Assembly: GCA_964590105.1 (NCBI GenBank)
Contig: CAZPYM010000001.1
Span: 1,022 to 65,021, forward strand
Reading direction: 5' to 3'
DNA length: 64,000 nt
From: an uncultured Gammaproteobacteria bacterium
Lineage (GTDB): Bacteria > Patescibacteriota > Patescibacteriia > UBA11705 > JABHMO01
The notes below the pieces were generated by a model, which was not told the origin of the DNA, did not search any database, and saw nothing but the letters and a program-made list of their open reading frames with translations. Shown one piece after another: positions 1 through 10,300 of this stretch; position 1 is the first letter of the stretch, and each line of letters starts with the position of its first letter. Both the position numbers and the translations under genes were made by a program.

Positions 1-129
1 CATAGAAAATAAATGACGAATAAAATTATTCTAATTGTTCTGATTATACTGAATTTTGAATTTGGGATTTGGCGCTTGAGGCTTGTTTAGAATAATTAGG
101 TTAATTAGAATAATTAGAATAATTTGTTT

Positions 130-1086
130 TTATATAAATGCAAATATTTTTCCAATAAACAGAACGTAAAAAATCACCAGCATCCAGCCTTCCCAGCGGG
201 TGATTTGTTTGTCTTGGGTAATGAAGAAATAAAGCAAAGTGGCGATGATCATTATTGGCAAACTAAAAGTAATGATGGAGGTCGGGATAATTAGCGTGCC
301 AAACAGAGCCGGAATGCCCATGACAGCGAGCGCGTTAAAAATATTTGAGCCGAGAACATTGCCGACCGCCATTTCCGGCTTGCCGCGTCGGGCCGCGCTC
401 ACTGTAACAACGAGTTCCGGCAATGAAGTGCCGAGCGCCACGGCGCTGACAGCGATCACTTCCCGGCCGATGTTTAGAAGTTCGGAAAGCGCAATTACTG
501 AATCAATGGTGTATTTTGCGCCGACATAGAGGAAAAAAGCGCTGCCAAATAAAATAGCGAATGTTGACCAATGAATTTTTTTATTTTTTATTTCTCCTTT
601 AATTTCCTTTTTCATTTCCGCGTCGCCATTGCTTTCTGCTGATACTGTATATAGTAAATAAACAACAAGGCTGACCAGGCAGATGATCGCTTCGCTAAAA
701 GTAAATTTGCCGTCCCAGATCGTTATTGCCAGGAGAAACGCTGAGCCGACAAGCAAAGGAAGATCAACATGGATTAGCTCGTGCCCAATTTTAATTTTTT
801 TGCCAATAATGGCGGCCAGGCCGAGCACTAGGAAAATATTGGCGATATTGGATCCGACAACATTGCCGACCACAATTTCCGGGGCGCCCGCGAAAACAGC
901 AATAATTGAGGAAACAAGTTCAGGCAGAGAGGTGCCGATAGCCACAATGGTCACTCCGACAATAAAAGCGGGCATACCGAGCGCCAGCCCGATTTTTTCC
1001 GCCGCCTCAGTAAAATAATCCGAAGATTTGACCAGCACGGCCAGGCTGGCGATGAAGACGATTAGCCAAAAAATAGTTGGGAGCAT
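130..1086 (-). CDS. Ca2+/Na+ antiporter (CaCA family, YrbG-like)
   Basis: The duplicated 'GTSLPELVSS / GTSLPELVVT' alpha-repeat motifs are typical of the cation/Ca2+ exchanger family. About 10 TM helices. 318 aa. Confidence 0.85.
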   Translation of the reverse strand: MLPTIFWLIVFIASLAVLVKSSDYFTEAAEKIGLALGMPAFIVGVTIVAIGTSLPELVSSIIAVFAGAPEIVVGNVVGSNIANIFLVLGLAAIIGKKIKIGHELIHVDLPLLVGSAFLLAITIWDGKFTFSEAIICLVSLVVYLLYTVSAESNGDAEMKKEIKGEIKNKKIHWSTFAILFGSAFFLYVGAKYTIDSVIALSELLNIGREVIAVSAVALGTSLPELVVTVSAARRGKPEMAVGNVLGSNIFNALAVMGIPALFGTLIIPTSIITFSLPIMIIATLLYFFITQDKQITRWEGWMLVIFYVLFIGKIFAFI

Positions 1087-1203
1087 AGAATTATAAAATT
1101 ACAAATTACAAATAACAAATTGAGCGAATTGGCGAATTAGTGTATTCTGCGCCTGCCCCCCCTTGTCTCTAACGCCCCACGCTCCACAATTTCGGGAAAA
1201 TTA

Positions 1204-1680
1204 TTATTGAAACGTCCGGCTGATCCATTCGCCGACAAAGTGCGTGATTATAATTACGGCGACAACAGTTGCGAGGTGCTCGCCGATGACTTTGTAGGGT
1301 TTTGTTTTTTGCATTTTTGCGAGGTAATAACTGAAAACGCCTAAAAGTAAAATTCCCCAGGCAATACTTGCGATGATGGCGGTGTTTAGCGGCAGTAATA
1401 AAACAGGGACAATGAAAGTCATGGCAAAAATAAATTTCGCGAGAAATGTTGAAATGGTGGCGGTCCAGATTTGTTTTGGCGTATGATGATTTTCTGATTC
1501 TTCTGAAACGTGAATTCCGAGCGCGTCGGAAAAAGCGTCGGCAATGGCAATCGTTAAAATAGCGCCAATGATTATTAATTTCGAATGAGTGCCTGAATGC
1601 AGTCCGACCATGAGGCCGAGTGTGGTGATTACGCCGGAAGTGAGTCCGAAGCTGAAGCCGATTTTTAGAGAATGTTTCAT
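1204..1680 (-). CDS. VIT1/CCC1-family membrane protein (putative Fe/Mn transporter)
   Basis: 158 aa polytopic membrane protein. The 'GLTSGVITTLGLMVG' stretch resembles the VIT-family TM core. Family assignment by eye only. Confidence 0.55.
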   Translation of the reverse strand: MKHSLKIGFSFGLTSGVITTLGLMVGLHSGTHSKLIIIGAILTIAIADAFSDALGIHVSEESENHHTPKQIWTATISTFLAKFIFAMTFIVPVLLLPLNTAIIASIAWGILLLGVFSYYLAKMQKTKPYKVIGEHLATVVAVIIITHFVGEWISRTFQ

Positions 1681-1744
1681 ATGGGGAGGCGAGTAATTCA
1701 GTAATTAGGTAATTGGGAAATTATGTAATTGAGGGAACTGCAAG

Positions 1745-2257
1745 TTAATTTTTGAGTTTCCGCATCAGCGATTCAGCATCATCATCGTCATTGCCCGGCT
1801 TTGATTTGCCGTGGAACTTTTCTTTTAGCGTACTAGACAGCGCTTGACCAAAGCCGGCGGTCGACTGATTGGCGTTTTCTTCTATTGCCGCATCAATTCC
1901 TCGTCGGATTTCTATGCCGGTAACAACGGTTGATTGTACTTTTCTTCCCTTGCCCGGCGCTGTGATAATCGTGGCGGCCAATTCTTCGCCGACTTTCGCG
2001 ATTTGCCCTGAATCATGCAGAGGATATCCGACTTTAAAACCATCGGCTTTTTCATTATAAAGTTTTATTCCGCCGGCGCTTTTTGACTGGCGTAGCATGT
2101 ATCTGTTTCCGCTCCCGGTGGTAATGATTACTCTGTCGCCTGGCTGAATATCGCCCGCGGAAAGCGATTGCGGCCGCTCCACTTTGAATTGCTTGCCCTG
2201 AAATTCGCATGATTCCTCTTTCTTTTTTCCGGTGGAAGGAAAGTCAACTTTAGACAT
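1745..2257 (-). CDS. hypothetical protein
   Basis: 170 aa ORF with no antisense competitor of equal length and an acidic C-terminus. No recognisable motif. Confidence 0.5.
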   Translation of the reverse strand: MSKVDFPSTGKKKEESCEFQGKQFKVERPQSLSAGDIQPGDRVIITTGSGNRYMLRQSKSAGGIKLYNEKADGFKVGYPLHDSGQIAKVGEELAATIITAPGKGRKVQSTVVTGIEIRRGIDAAIEENANQSTAGFGQALSSTLKEKFHGKSKPGNDDDDAESLMRKLKN

Positions 2258-2351
2258 AAATGGGTTTTATGATTTATTAAAATGGAGATAACAAAGTAAT
2301 TATAGCAAATCGCGCCGTAAAATCAAAGTAATCGAAATTTTTATCTGCGTC

Positions 2352-2597
2352 TTGACAATGCCGGCAGGTTACGTTAATCTTAAGTGTTGGAAAACAACAT
2401 GGAGGGGTGATATGAACTGGGCCAGCGTGCTTTTCTGGGGAATTGCTTTTGTTGTAATAATGATAATCATCACTGTCTGGTGGGTAAAGCGGGATACCGG
2501 TGACAATGATTTTTCCGAAGTAGCGGAAAAAATTCAGCCGCCCGAAGCTGTTTCAAAAGACGGGCCGGTCGGGTACAATGGAACGCAGTTTCAGTAA
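2352..2597 (+). CDS. small single-TM hypothetical protein
   Basis: 81 aa with one hydrophobic helix (VLFWGIAFVVIMIIITVWWV). Weak call. Confidence 0.3.
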   Translation: MTMPAGYVNLKCWKTTWRGDMNWASVLFWGIAFVVIMIIITVWWVKRDTGDNDFSEVAEKIQPPEAVSKDGPVGYNGTQFQ

Positions 2598-2940
2598 ATG
2601 AAAATTATTCAAAAACATCGAAGCCAAGCTCGGTGTTTTTCATTTTGAAATTAAGTATAAGTTGATCGGATCATCCCGAGCAAAGCCGAGGTTTTTTTTG
2701 TTGGATTGGATTGGTTGAGGTATAATGTAAGAAATGGAAGAGGGGGCAGAAGGGGACACGAAAATGGAAATTAGAAACTAGAAATTAGGGTTGATTGGAG
2801 GATGGAGAAAATTGAAATTTGTTGCGAATGAATTTTTCCCAGCTTTATCTTGATCCTGAGCATAGTCGAAGGATAGCCGTGGGGATTCAGCGGCGGGATT
2901 AGGGATTCTCATTGGCGCGAAGGTTAGCTTGCCGCAAGGC

Positions 2941-2962
2941 GGCGGGATTCGGGAATCCCGCC
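2941..2962. repeat. GC-rich palindromic element (ggcgggattc-gg-gaatcccgcc), copy 1
   Basis: A 10-bp perfect stem. A second copy lies at 18171-18192 with the same downstream 'tacaNaagatgg'. A degenerate partial copy sits about 45 bp upstream. Confidence 0.7.
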
Positions 2963-3061
2963 TACACAAGATGGCTGACTTGGGATTTGACAAAAAACAT
3001 TGTATGTGCTATGATTGAGTATTAATAAAGCCTAGTATTATTCGCAAAATTTAGTCATTTT

Positions 3062-4264
3062 ATGAAGATAGCTTTCATTGGACAAAAAGGAATACCAATG
3101 AAGTTCGGCGGTGTGGAAAAGCACGTTGAACGATTGGCAGTGGGACTCGCAAAACGGGGTCACCAAGTTTTTGTTTACACGCGTCCGTGGTATACGCCGC
3201 GGAGTTTGAAAGTTTATCAGGGCGTAAAATTAATTAGCTTGAAATCAATAAAAACAAAAAACTTTGATGCCATTACGCATACTCTCAGGGCTTGTTTTCA
3301 TGCTTTGAAAAAAGATTACGATATTATCCATTTTCACGGCGTCGGACCTTCACTTCTAGCCTGGATTCCGCGCCTGTTCAAGCCGAGCGCCAGAATTATA
3401 ATTACTTTTCATTGCATTGATCGCAGGCATCAAAAGTGGGGTCGGTTCGCGCGTTTTATTTTATATCTGGGTGAAATTACGGCAGTGAAATTTGCTCACG
3501 AAACGATTACTGTTTCCAAAACATTGCAGATGTATTGCAGTGAAAAATATAATGCCAATACAACTTATATTCCAAATGGCATTGATTTGCCGAAAAAAAT
3601 TGTGGCAAATCAGATCAAGAAAAAATATGGCTTAAAAAAAGACGGATATATTTTATTTTTATCGCGTTTGGTGAAACACAAGGGCGCGCAATATTTGATT
3701 GACGCTTATAATCAACTTAAAACTGACCTGCCTTCGTCCAGCTTAGCGGGACTTCGGCAGGCAGGTAAAAAATTGGTGATTGCCGGAGGGTCAGCTTTTA
3801 CTGATGATTATATAAAAGAAATAAAAGAGCAAGCCAAGGGCAATCCGAATATTATTTTTACCGGCAATGTTACCGGCGGCAGTACGCTTTGGAAAGAGCT
3901 TTATTCAAATGCTTATCTCATGGTGCACCCTTCAGAGAGCGAGGGCTTGCCTATTGTGGTTCTGGAGGGAATGAGCTTCGGCCTCGGAGTACTGGTTTCA
4001 GATATTCCTGAAAACATGGAAGCAATTAACGGCGGCTTTGGATTTTCATTTTATAATAAAAACATTCAGGATCTAAAAGATAAACTTCAATATTTGTTTG
4101 ATTGTCCAGAGCTGGTAAAAAAAGTTGGCGCTGACGCCCGGGCGCATGTTGAGAAAAATTATAATTGGAAAGACATTGTGGTTTCAGTTGAGCAGGTTTA
4201 CGAAGAAGTCTTGGCTGATCACGCCCGCGTCGGCAGTCATCAGGTTCGGTGCGTGAAGTGTTAA
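3062..4264 (+). CDS. glycosyltransferase family 4 (GT1/GT4 fold)
   Basis: 400 aa. The N-terminal 'MKIAFIGQKGIP..GGVEKHV' and C-terminal 'ESEGLPIVVLEGMSFG' match the EX7E-type retaining GT4 motif. Confidence 0.85.
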   Translation: MKIAFIGQKGIPMKFGGVEKHVERLAVGLAKRGHQVFVYTRPWYTPRSLKVYQGVKLISLKSIKTKNFDAITHTLRACFHALKKDYDIIHFHGVGPSLLAWIPRLFKPSARIIITFHCIDRRHQKWGRFARFILYLGEITAVKFAHETITVSKTLQMYCSEKYNANTTYIPNGIDLPKKIVANQIKKKYGLKKDGYILFLSRLVKHKGAQYLIDAYNQLKTDLPSSSLAGLRQAGKKLVIAGGSAFTDDYIKEIKEQAKGNPNIIFTGNVTGGSTLWKELYSNAYLMVHPSESEGLPIVVLEGMSFGLGVLVSDIPENMEAINGGFGFSFYNKNIQDLKDKLQYLFDCPELVKKVGADARAHVEKNYNWKDIVVSVEQVYEEVLADHARVGSHQVRCVKC

Positions 4265-4302
4265 GGACTTAAGAAAATAAAAAATTAAAGAAATAAAAAA
4301 AT

Positions 4303-4325
4303 TTCCGCGGAAGCGGGAATTTTTG
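4303..4325. terminator. bidirectional rho-independent terminator candidate
   Basis: Hairpin ttccgc-ggaa-gcggga flanked by an A-tract upstream and a T-tract downstream. It lies between convergent genes 3062-4264 (+) and 4375-4671 (-). Confidence 0.5.
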
Positions 4326-4374
4326 TTTCATTTGTCTGATTTGTCAGGCGCGTTTTCCTCCGAGTTATTCGTGT

Positions 4375-4671
4375 TTAATTCGTGTCATTTGCATGTTTTG
4401 AGCTATTCGCGTTGTTAGTTTGTTCGCTGATTTTCCATTTGTCCACAAATTGCCCAATGCCTCGTTGTTCCATTTTGTTCTTGACAGTCGCGCGTTTTTG
4501 TGACCATTCTACCAGGCTTTCAAAGTTGATTTTATAGCGGCCTTGTACTACAATAAAGCGCAGTTCTTGGCTTTTGATCGCCCTTCGTATAGTATGCTGA
4601 TCTACACCAAAAAGTCTGGCAGCTTCAGAAACTGACACTCGGACTGGGTAGTTTGGTTTATTGTCAGGCAT
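4375..4671 (-). CDS. helix-turn-helix DNA-binding protein (excisionase/AlpA-like HTH)
   Basis: 98 aa. 'VSVSEAARLFGVDQHTIRRAIKSQEL' is a classic HTH_17/excisionase-type motif. Confidence 0.6.
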   Translation of the reverse strand: MPDNKPNYPVRVSVSEAARLFGVDQHTIRRAIKSQELRFIVVQGRYKINFESLVEWSQKRATVKNKMEQRGIGQFVDKWKISEQTNNANSSKHANDTN

Positions 4672-4771
4672 AGCGGGTATAAATCACAAATTACAAATAA
4701 CAAATTACAAACAATAAAGCATAAAGCTACAAATTATAAATAAATAATTACGGGAACATATTTGTAGTTGT

Positions 4772-4793
4772 TTGTATACACTAGTGTATACAA
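4772..4793. promoter_or_regulatory. perfect 22-bp palindrome (ttgtatacac|tagtgtatacaa), candidate operator
   Basis: Perfect dyad symmetry in the divergent intergenic region between the HTH gene (4375-4671 -) and the ECF sigma gene (5077 +). Confidence 0.45.
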
Positions 4794-5076
4794 CTGGGTC
4801 TATTTTGAGCATAATTTATCTATGGAAATATGTCAAGTTTTGGCTATCTATTACTGGTGCCAAGATAGGAGATTTTACAGTCAGCTGGTGCTTTTGAAGG
4901 CGCGGCTGACTGCTATGGGCTAAAAGCGCACTTGACTGCTAATTTTAGTAAAAAGACAGTTTGAATCACAGAATTTGTTACATGTGGATTAGGTGGATTT
5001 CCCCTTTACAAAGGCATTAAAACAGTGTATATTCTTGAACAGCTGTAACTATTATATATAATCAACGTCTAATAAG

Positions 5077-5634
5077 ATGAATAAAGCATCTCTCAAAGAA
5101 AAATACCTGATTTACAAGGTTCGTCAGAATAAGGACGCGGAAAGCTATGGCCAGTTGTACGATTATTATGTTGACCGGATTTTTCGGTTTATACTGTTCA
5201 AAGTGTCGTCCGTTGAAACAGCTGAGGATTTAACATCTGAAGTATTCCTGAAAACTTGGGAATACATTAATACTACGGACAAGAAGATCGGCAATCTGAA
5301 CGCCTTGCTTTACAAAGTGGCGAGGAACGCGGTCATAGATCATTATCGCAAAAAAAGAAATGATGTTATCGGTACGGACGAGGATTTCATGCATTCAATT
5401 GCTGACCATCGGATAAACATAGAAAAAGATGCAAACCTGAAAATTGAAATTCAGAGCATTGAAAAACATTTAGGAAAGTTAAAAGATATTTATCGCGAAG
5501 TAATTATTCTAAAATATATTGAAGAATTTTCTGTAACTGAAATAGCCGAGGTGATTGACAAGAGCCGCGGCAATGTGAGAGTTCTCTTGCACCGGGCATT
5601 ACAAGCATTAAAGGAAATAGCAGGCGAGGAATAA
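5077..5634 (+). CDS. RNA polymerase sigma-70 factor, ECF subfamily
   Basis: 185 aa. The region-2-like 'EDLTSEVFLKTWEYI' and region-4 HTH 'VIILKYIEEFSVTEIAEVIDKSRGNVRVLLHRALQALKE' are both present. Confidence 0.9.
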   Translation: MNKASLKEKYLIYKVRQNKDAESYGQLYDYYVDRIFRFILFKVSSVETAEDLTSEVFLKTWEYINTTDKKIGNLNALLYKVARNAVIDHYRKKRNDVIGTDEDFMHSIADHRINIEKDANLKIEIQSIEKHLGKLKDIYREVIILKYIEEFSVTEIAEVIDKSRGNVRVLLHRALQALKEIAGEE

Positions 5635-5710
5635 AACAAGTTGGCTAGTTTAAGCGGCAGTGGATGGGTCCAAGAACTGCTGAATAAACCAGCCAACTAA
5701 AAATTATTAC

Positions 5711-6901
5711 ATGCCAAATATTACCGAACAATTAAAACAGCTAAAGCAAGTCAAGCCAAGAAAAGAATGGGTTGATTCTGAACGCGAGCTTTTGTTGTCC
5801 CAGATTACCAGACAAACTGCAGTTAAACAGCAGTCTGTTTTTGTTAATAGCTGGTATCTGGCCAAGTCGCTCATGCCAGGCAGTTTGCTTCGTTTTGTTG
5901 CTCGCCCGGTCGGAGTTTTGACGGTGATTACATTATTCATTTTTAGCTCGGGAATTTTTGGCGTCAACGCGTCCAAAAATAGTTTGCCCGGCGATTTCCT
6001 TTATTCAGTGAAGCTGACCAGCGAAAAAGTTCAAGTCGGCTTTACTGTGGCAGAGGAAAAAAAGGCGCAAATGCATATGGGTTTTGCGGAGGAAAGAGTA
6101 AATGAGATTGAAGCGGTTTCCCAAAAGGCCATTACCCCGCAAAAGAAACAGGAAAAAATAGATGTTGCGGCCGCGGGCTTGAGCCAGGAAATGAAAAAAA
6201 CCCAGCAAACATTGGAACAAGTAAAGCAGGATTCGACCAAGTCAAAACTGATAGTGGAGGCAGTTCAAAAGGTTGATCAAAAAGCAGAAGAGCTGGGAGA
6301 TAGACTTGAACAGCAAAAACAAGAATTATTGCAAAATGATGTTTTGGTCGGGAAATCTATGGACATAGCCAAAGAAGCGACAGACGTAACCGCAGTGAAA
6401 GCAGTAGAAGTGATTGTAGACAAACGAGAAAAAGGCGATGTTAGCGTGACTGACAACGAATTGGTTGAAACAATCAATAAAAAAATTAATAAAGAACAAG
6501 AAAAAATAAAACAAGTTGAAACGCAGGTTAAAGAAGCGGCGCAGGGCCAGGCAAAGCTGATAGTGGATCAGGAAAAAGATGTTGAAACTTTGGCCGTTGA
6601 TCAGAAAAATGTTGACCAGAATATTATTCCAAATCAAGCAGAACAAAAATTAACCGAAGCAAAAGATTTTCTAAATCATGGGGATTTGGGATCTGCTTTG
6701 GAAAAAATAAAAGAAAGCGCCACTTTGACTCAAGAAGCAAAAGTCGGAGCGGAAACAATTGTCAGTCAAAATAAAGAAGCGGCCGAACAAGCAGAAGAGG
6801 TTGCAACGGACCCCTCCGAGATTTTACCAATAGAAGATAAAAACGCAGAAGGCGAGAAAGAGACGACTATTGAAAACAAGGGAACGTTGAAGGTGGAGTA
6901 A
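5711..6901 (+). CDS. putative membrane-anchored anti-sigma factor (coiled-coil, DUF5667-like)
   Basis: Lies immediately downstream of the ECF sigma gene. It has a roughly 60-aa N-terminal cytoplasmic part, one TM (VLTVITLFIFSSGIFGV), and a long Lys/Glu/Gln-rich extracytoplasmic coiled-coil. Confidence 0.5.
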   Translation: MPNITEQLKQLKQVKPRKEWVDSERELLLSQITRQTAVKQQSVFVNSWYLAKSLMPGSLLRFVARPVGVLTVITLFIFSSGIFGVNASKNSLPGDFLYSVKLTSEKVQVGFTVAEEKKAQMHMGFAEERVNEIEAVSQKAITPQKKQEKIDVAAAGLSQEMKKTQQTLEQVKQDSTKSKLIVEAVQKVDQKAEELGDRLEQQKQELLQNDVLVGKSMDIAKEATDVTAVKAVEVIVDKREKGDVSVTDNELVETINKKINKEQEKIKQVETQVKEAAQGQAKLIVDQEKDVETLAVDQKNVDQNIIPNQAEQKLTEAKDFLNHGDLGSALEKIKESATLTQEAKVGAETIVSQNKEAAEQAEEVATDPSEILPIEDKNAEGEKETTIENKGTLKVE

Positions 6902-7312
6902 CGGGTGAGACATTACAAAAAACAAATAACAAATTACAAACAAATTACAATACATAAATTACAATTACAAATAAACAATAAATTGTAAAAGAAAATGTCA
7001 ATAATGATGAATGAAGCGCAAATCGTTTCATAATAAAAAAGTGTTATTTGAAACTTTTGTTTTATAGCTTGTGATTTGTTGTTTTATGCATTATTGTTTG
7101 TAGTTTGTGTCTTGTAATTTGTAATTTATATAGAAGTCACTAATTAATTTTATAATATAAATCCTAAAGAACTCTCTCTAGGTTGTAGCGGTCAGAAAGG
7201 TCGGCCCGGTTTCCGGGTGGCGGCTACATAATAAAGTATATAATTGTCAGTGTTTAATTATTTCTCTTTTTGGGAAGCGATTAAACGTTGGCTAAAAGAA
7301 AACTATTTAAGT

Positions 7313-10300
7313 ATGAAAAAAGTTTTAACACTAGGTGTTGTTTTGACAACAATCTTGTGGACTATAGGGATTGCCGCTTTTGTTCCAGTTGCTTCTGCTG
7401 CCACTTTGTCAGCGGGCGATTTGATCAAAGCTAGCGGAGCCGCAGTATATTTTTATGCTGCTGACGGCAAACGCTATACATTCCCTACAGAATCCACATA
7501 CAAAACTTGGTACGCTGATTTTTCCAGCGTAAAAACCATTACTGATGATGAATTGGCGGCTATTACTTTGGCTGGCAATGTAGTTGTCCGTCCTGGCACC
7601 GAGCTTGTCAAAATCACCACAGTTCCAAAGGTTTTCGCTGTATCGCCAAATGGTAAATTATCCTGGGTCAAGACCGAGCCAGCTGCCAAGGCGCTTTATG
7701 GTGACAATTGGAACCAAAGGATAATTGATATTCCTGATGGATTTTGGGTAAATTATATAGATACAGGCGCTGAATTAAATGGCACAGCCTTCCCAGAAGG
7801 CCAACTTGTTTCTCCTACTGATTCCGCAAATATCTACTATGTAGGTGCTGAAGGCAAGTGGAACCTGATCAAGGACGAAGCTGCTTTTACAGCCAATAAA
7901 TGGGCTTGGGGAAATGTAGTTGAAACATCTATTGCAATGGTTGCCGACGGTACAGAAATTACTGCCGTTGTCAGCGCTAATATTGATGCTTCACAAGGTG
8001 GCGGAGGTGGAACCGGGGTTGTTGTAGTTGCCGCTGGCAGTCTGTCAGTTGCGCTTAATACCACTACTCCTGCCGTTACTACTATTCCAACCAATGCAAC
8101 AGCCGCGGCCGCTAATGTCCCATTCACTTATGTGGACTTTACTGCCGGCAGTTCAGCTGTTACAGTTACTGGTTTGAAAGTAACCAGGACCGGACTAAGT
8201 CAGAACGCCGCTTTTGCAGCTATCAAGCTGTTTGATGGCGATACTCAAATTGGCACCAGCCAATCATTGAATTCATCAAACCAGGCTGTCTTCAATAATA
8301 TTTCTTTTGAAGTTCCTGCCAACAGCACAAAGACGCTGACTCTTGCGGCCACTATGACTCTTTCCGCGGCCTACACCAATCACATTCTTGCTTTGGGAAT
8401 TGCCGCAGCTAGCGATATTACAACTACTGCTACTCTTTCCGGTTTATTCCCTGTTACAGGCAATTCAATGACATTGAATTCCAGCATCACAATCGGTACA
8501 GCTACCCTTGCTAATGGTTCACTTGGAACAAGAAATACCACGAACCTAACTGTTGACACTGATGCCAAAGATGTTCGGTTCACACAGGTTAAGATTAGCG
8601 GCGGTTCTGGTGAGGCCGTAACTGTAAAATCAGTTACAGCTCTAAAGAATGGAACAGCGGCTAGCGCTGACATAACAAATATTCGTTTGGTCAATGACAC
8701 AACAGGCGAAACATTGAAGACTGTTACTACCCTGGATTCTTCAGGCAGAGCTGTTTTCAGCGGATTAAATGTTGCGATTGCCAAGGGCGAGTTTGTGGAA
8801 TTGTCAGTTTTGGCTGACATGAACAATTCCGGAGCCGGTCGAACAATAGCGTTTGACCTGTATGATGGTAATGCCTTTACAATTTCTGTTGTTGGCAATA
8901 CCTATGGATTTGGCATTACGCCGACTTCATCCGGAACAAACTTCTGCGGTGGCACTCCTTGGAACTGCACAGCGCAGACTATTAATCAGGGTTATTTGAC
9001 AGCCAGTTTGAGCGCCAATACTCCTGCCACAGGTAATGTCGCGCTTGGAGCTTCCAAAGTTCCATTGCTGAAATATAATCTGACTGCAGGTGGTGAAGGT
9101 ATCAATGTAACTTCAACTTTGTTGACAATTACAACCGGTACTGCCGAATTGAGCAAGATTACCCAGATTTCGATTTATGACAAGGATGATAAGATCGTAG
9201 CCGGACCGCAGGATGCTACAACAGCTTCCGCCGGTTCACAGAATTTGACCTTTACTGACGCTTATACAGTTCCGGCTGGTATTAACGAATATACCATATA
9301 CGCCAACACAGCCAGCGACATGTCAGCTCTTGATACTGTTTACGTTGCTTTGACTGTTAATGGTATTACTGCCAAAGGCGCTGATTCAGGCAAAACTACC
9401 TACACTACTTCAGCCGGTGCTACTGTTCCGCCTGCTTCTGTCATAACTGGCAAAACGCAGACGATCAAAGGACCGACTTTGAGAGTTATTACTGCCGCGA
9501 CTCCTATTGCTTCAACTTTTGTGGTAAATTCACAAGATGTTGACTTGGCTTACTTTGATTTGGATGCTACTGCTGGTGGTGAAGACATGAAAATAACTTC
9601 ACTTGTTGTTACTCAGACAGCCGTCACCCCGGCAAATCTATTGAATCTTGAATTGTGGGGCGATGCTGATAATACTGATGCTGACAATACAGTTGCTAAA
9701 CTGGGAACAACCAGCTCAACAGCTACTGGCGCCGCTACTAACACCTTTACTTTTCAAGTTCCTTTGAAGATTAGTAAATCAAAGATTAGCAGACTGACCT
9801 TGAAGGGTGATGTTATCGGAACAAGCGGAACAAACTTGTTCAAGATTGTTTCTGACAATGCTACAGCTGTTGGTTGGACAACAGGACAGACTGCTAGCAA
9901 GACTTACAGTGGAACTGGCCAGGCTCATACTTTGACAGCATCTGGTTCTTTGATAGTAACTGCTGCTGCTGGTAGAGCTGCTGCTGCTCAATTTGTAGCC
10001 GGCGCTACCGGTCAGTCAATGATGAGCTACAAGTTCCAAGCAACAAACGAAGAAGTCAGTGTAACTGATTTCTACATTGCCACAACCGGCACAGCGGCAA
10101 ACGCTAATATTGGCGTAGTCAAGCTTTATCTTGACGGCGCGCAAGTCGGTTCACTCAATGGTTATTCGCTTGACGCATATGGAATTGCTCACATTGTTCT
10201 AGACAGCGGAGTATTCACTGCCAAGAAGAGTCCTAGCTATACAACTTTGGATATTAAGGTTGACTTGGCTAGCAAAGATAACTTGGCTGATATATCTACC

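Noticed and set aside
239-1018. Plus-strand ORFs 239-529 and 683-1018
   Set aside because: They are antisense to the CaCA antiporter gene, which has clear family motifs on the minus strand.
2778-2993. Minus-strand 71-aa ORF
   Set aside because: It overlaps the GC palindromic repeat element. The product is a Pro/Arg-rich low-complexity translation of the hairpins.
6005-6646. Four minus-strand ORFs inside the anti-sigma gene
   Set aside because: They are antisense to a well-supported 396-aa ORF. The products are low-complexity and Phe/Leu-rich, typical of reverse-strand reading of AT-rich, Lys/Glu-coding sequence.
7244-7312. Longest-ORF start at 7244 for the surface protein
   Set aside because: The first 23 residues (MSVFNYFSFWEAIKRWLKENYLS) are not signal-like. 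The ATG at 7313 gives a textbook signal peptide, so I chose it as the start.
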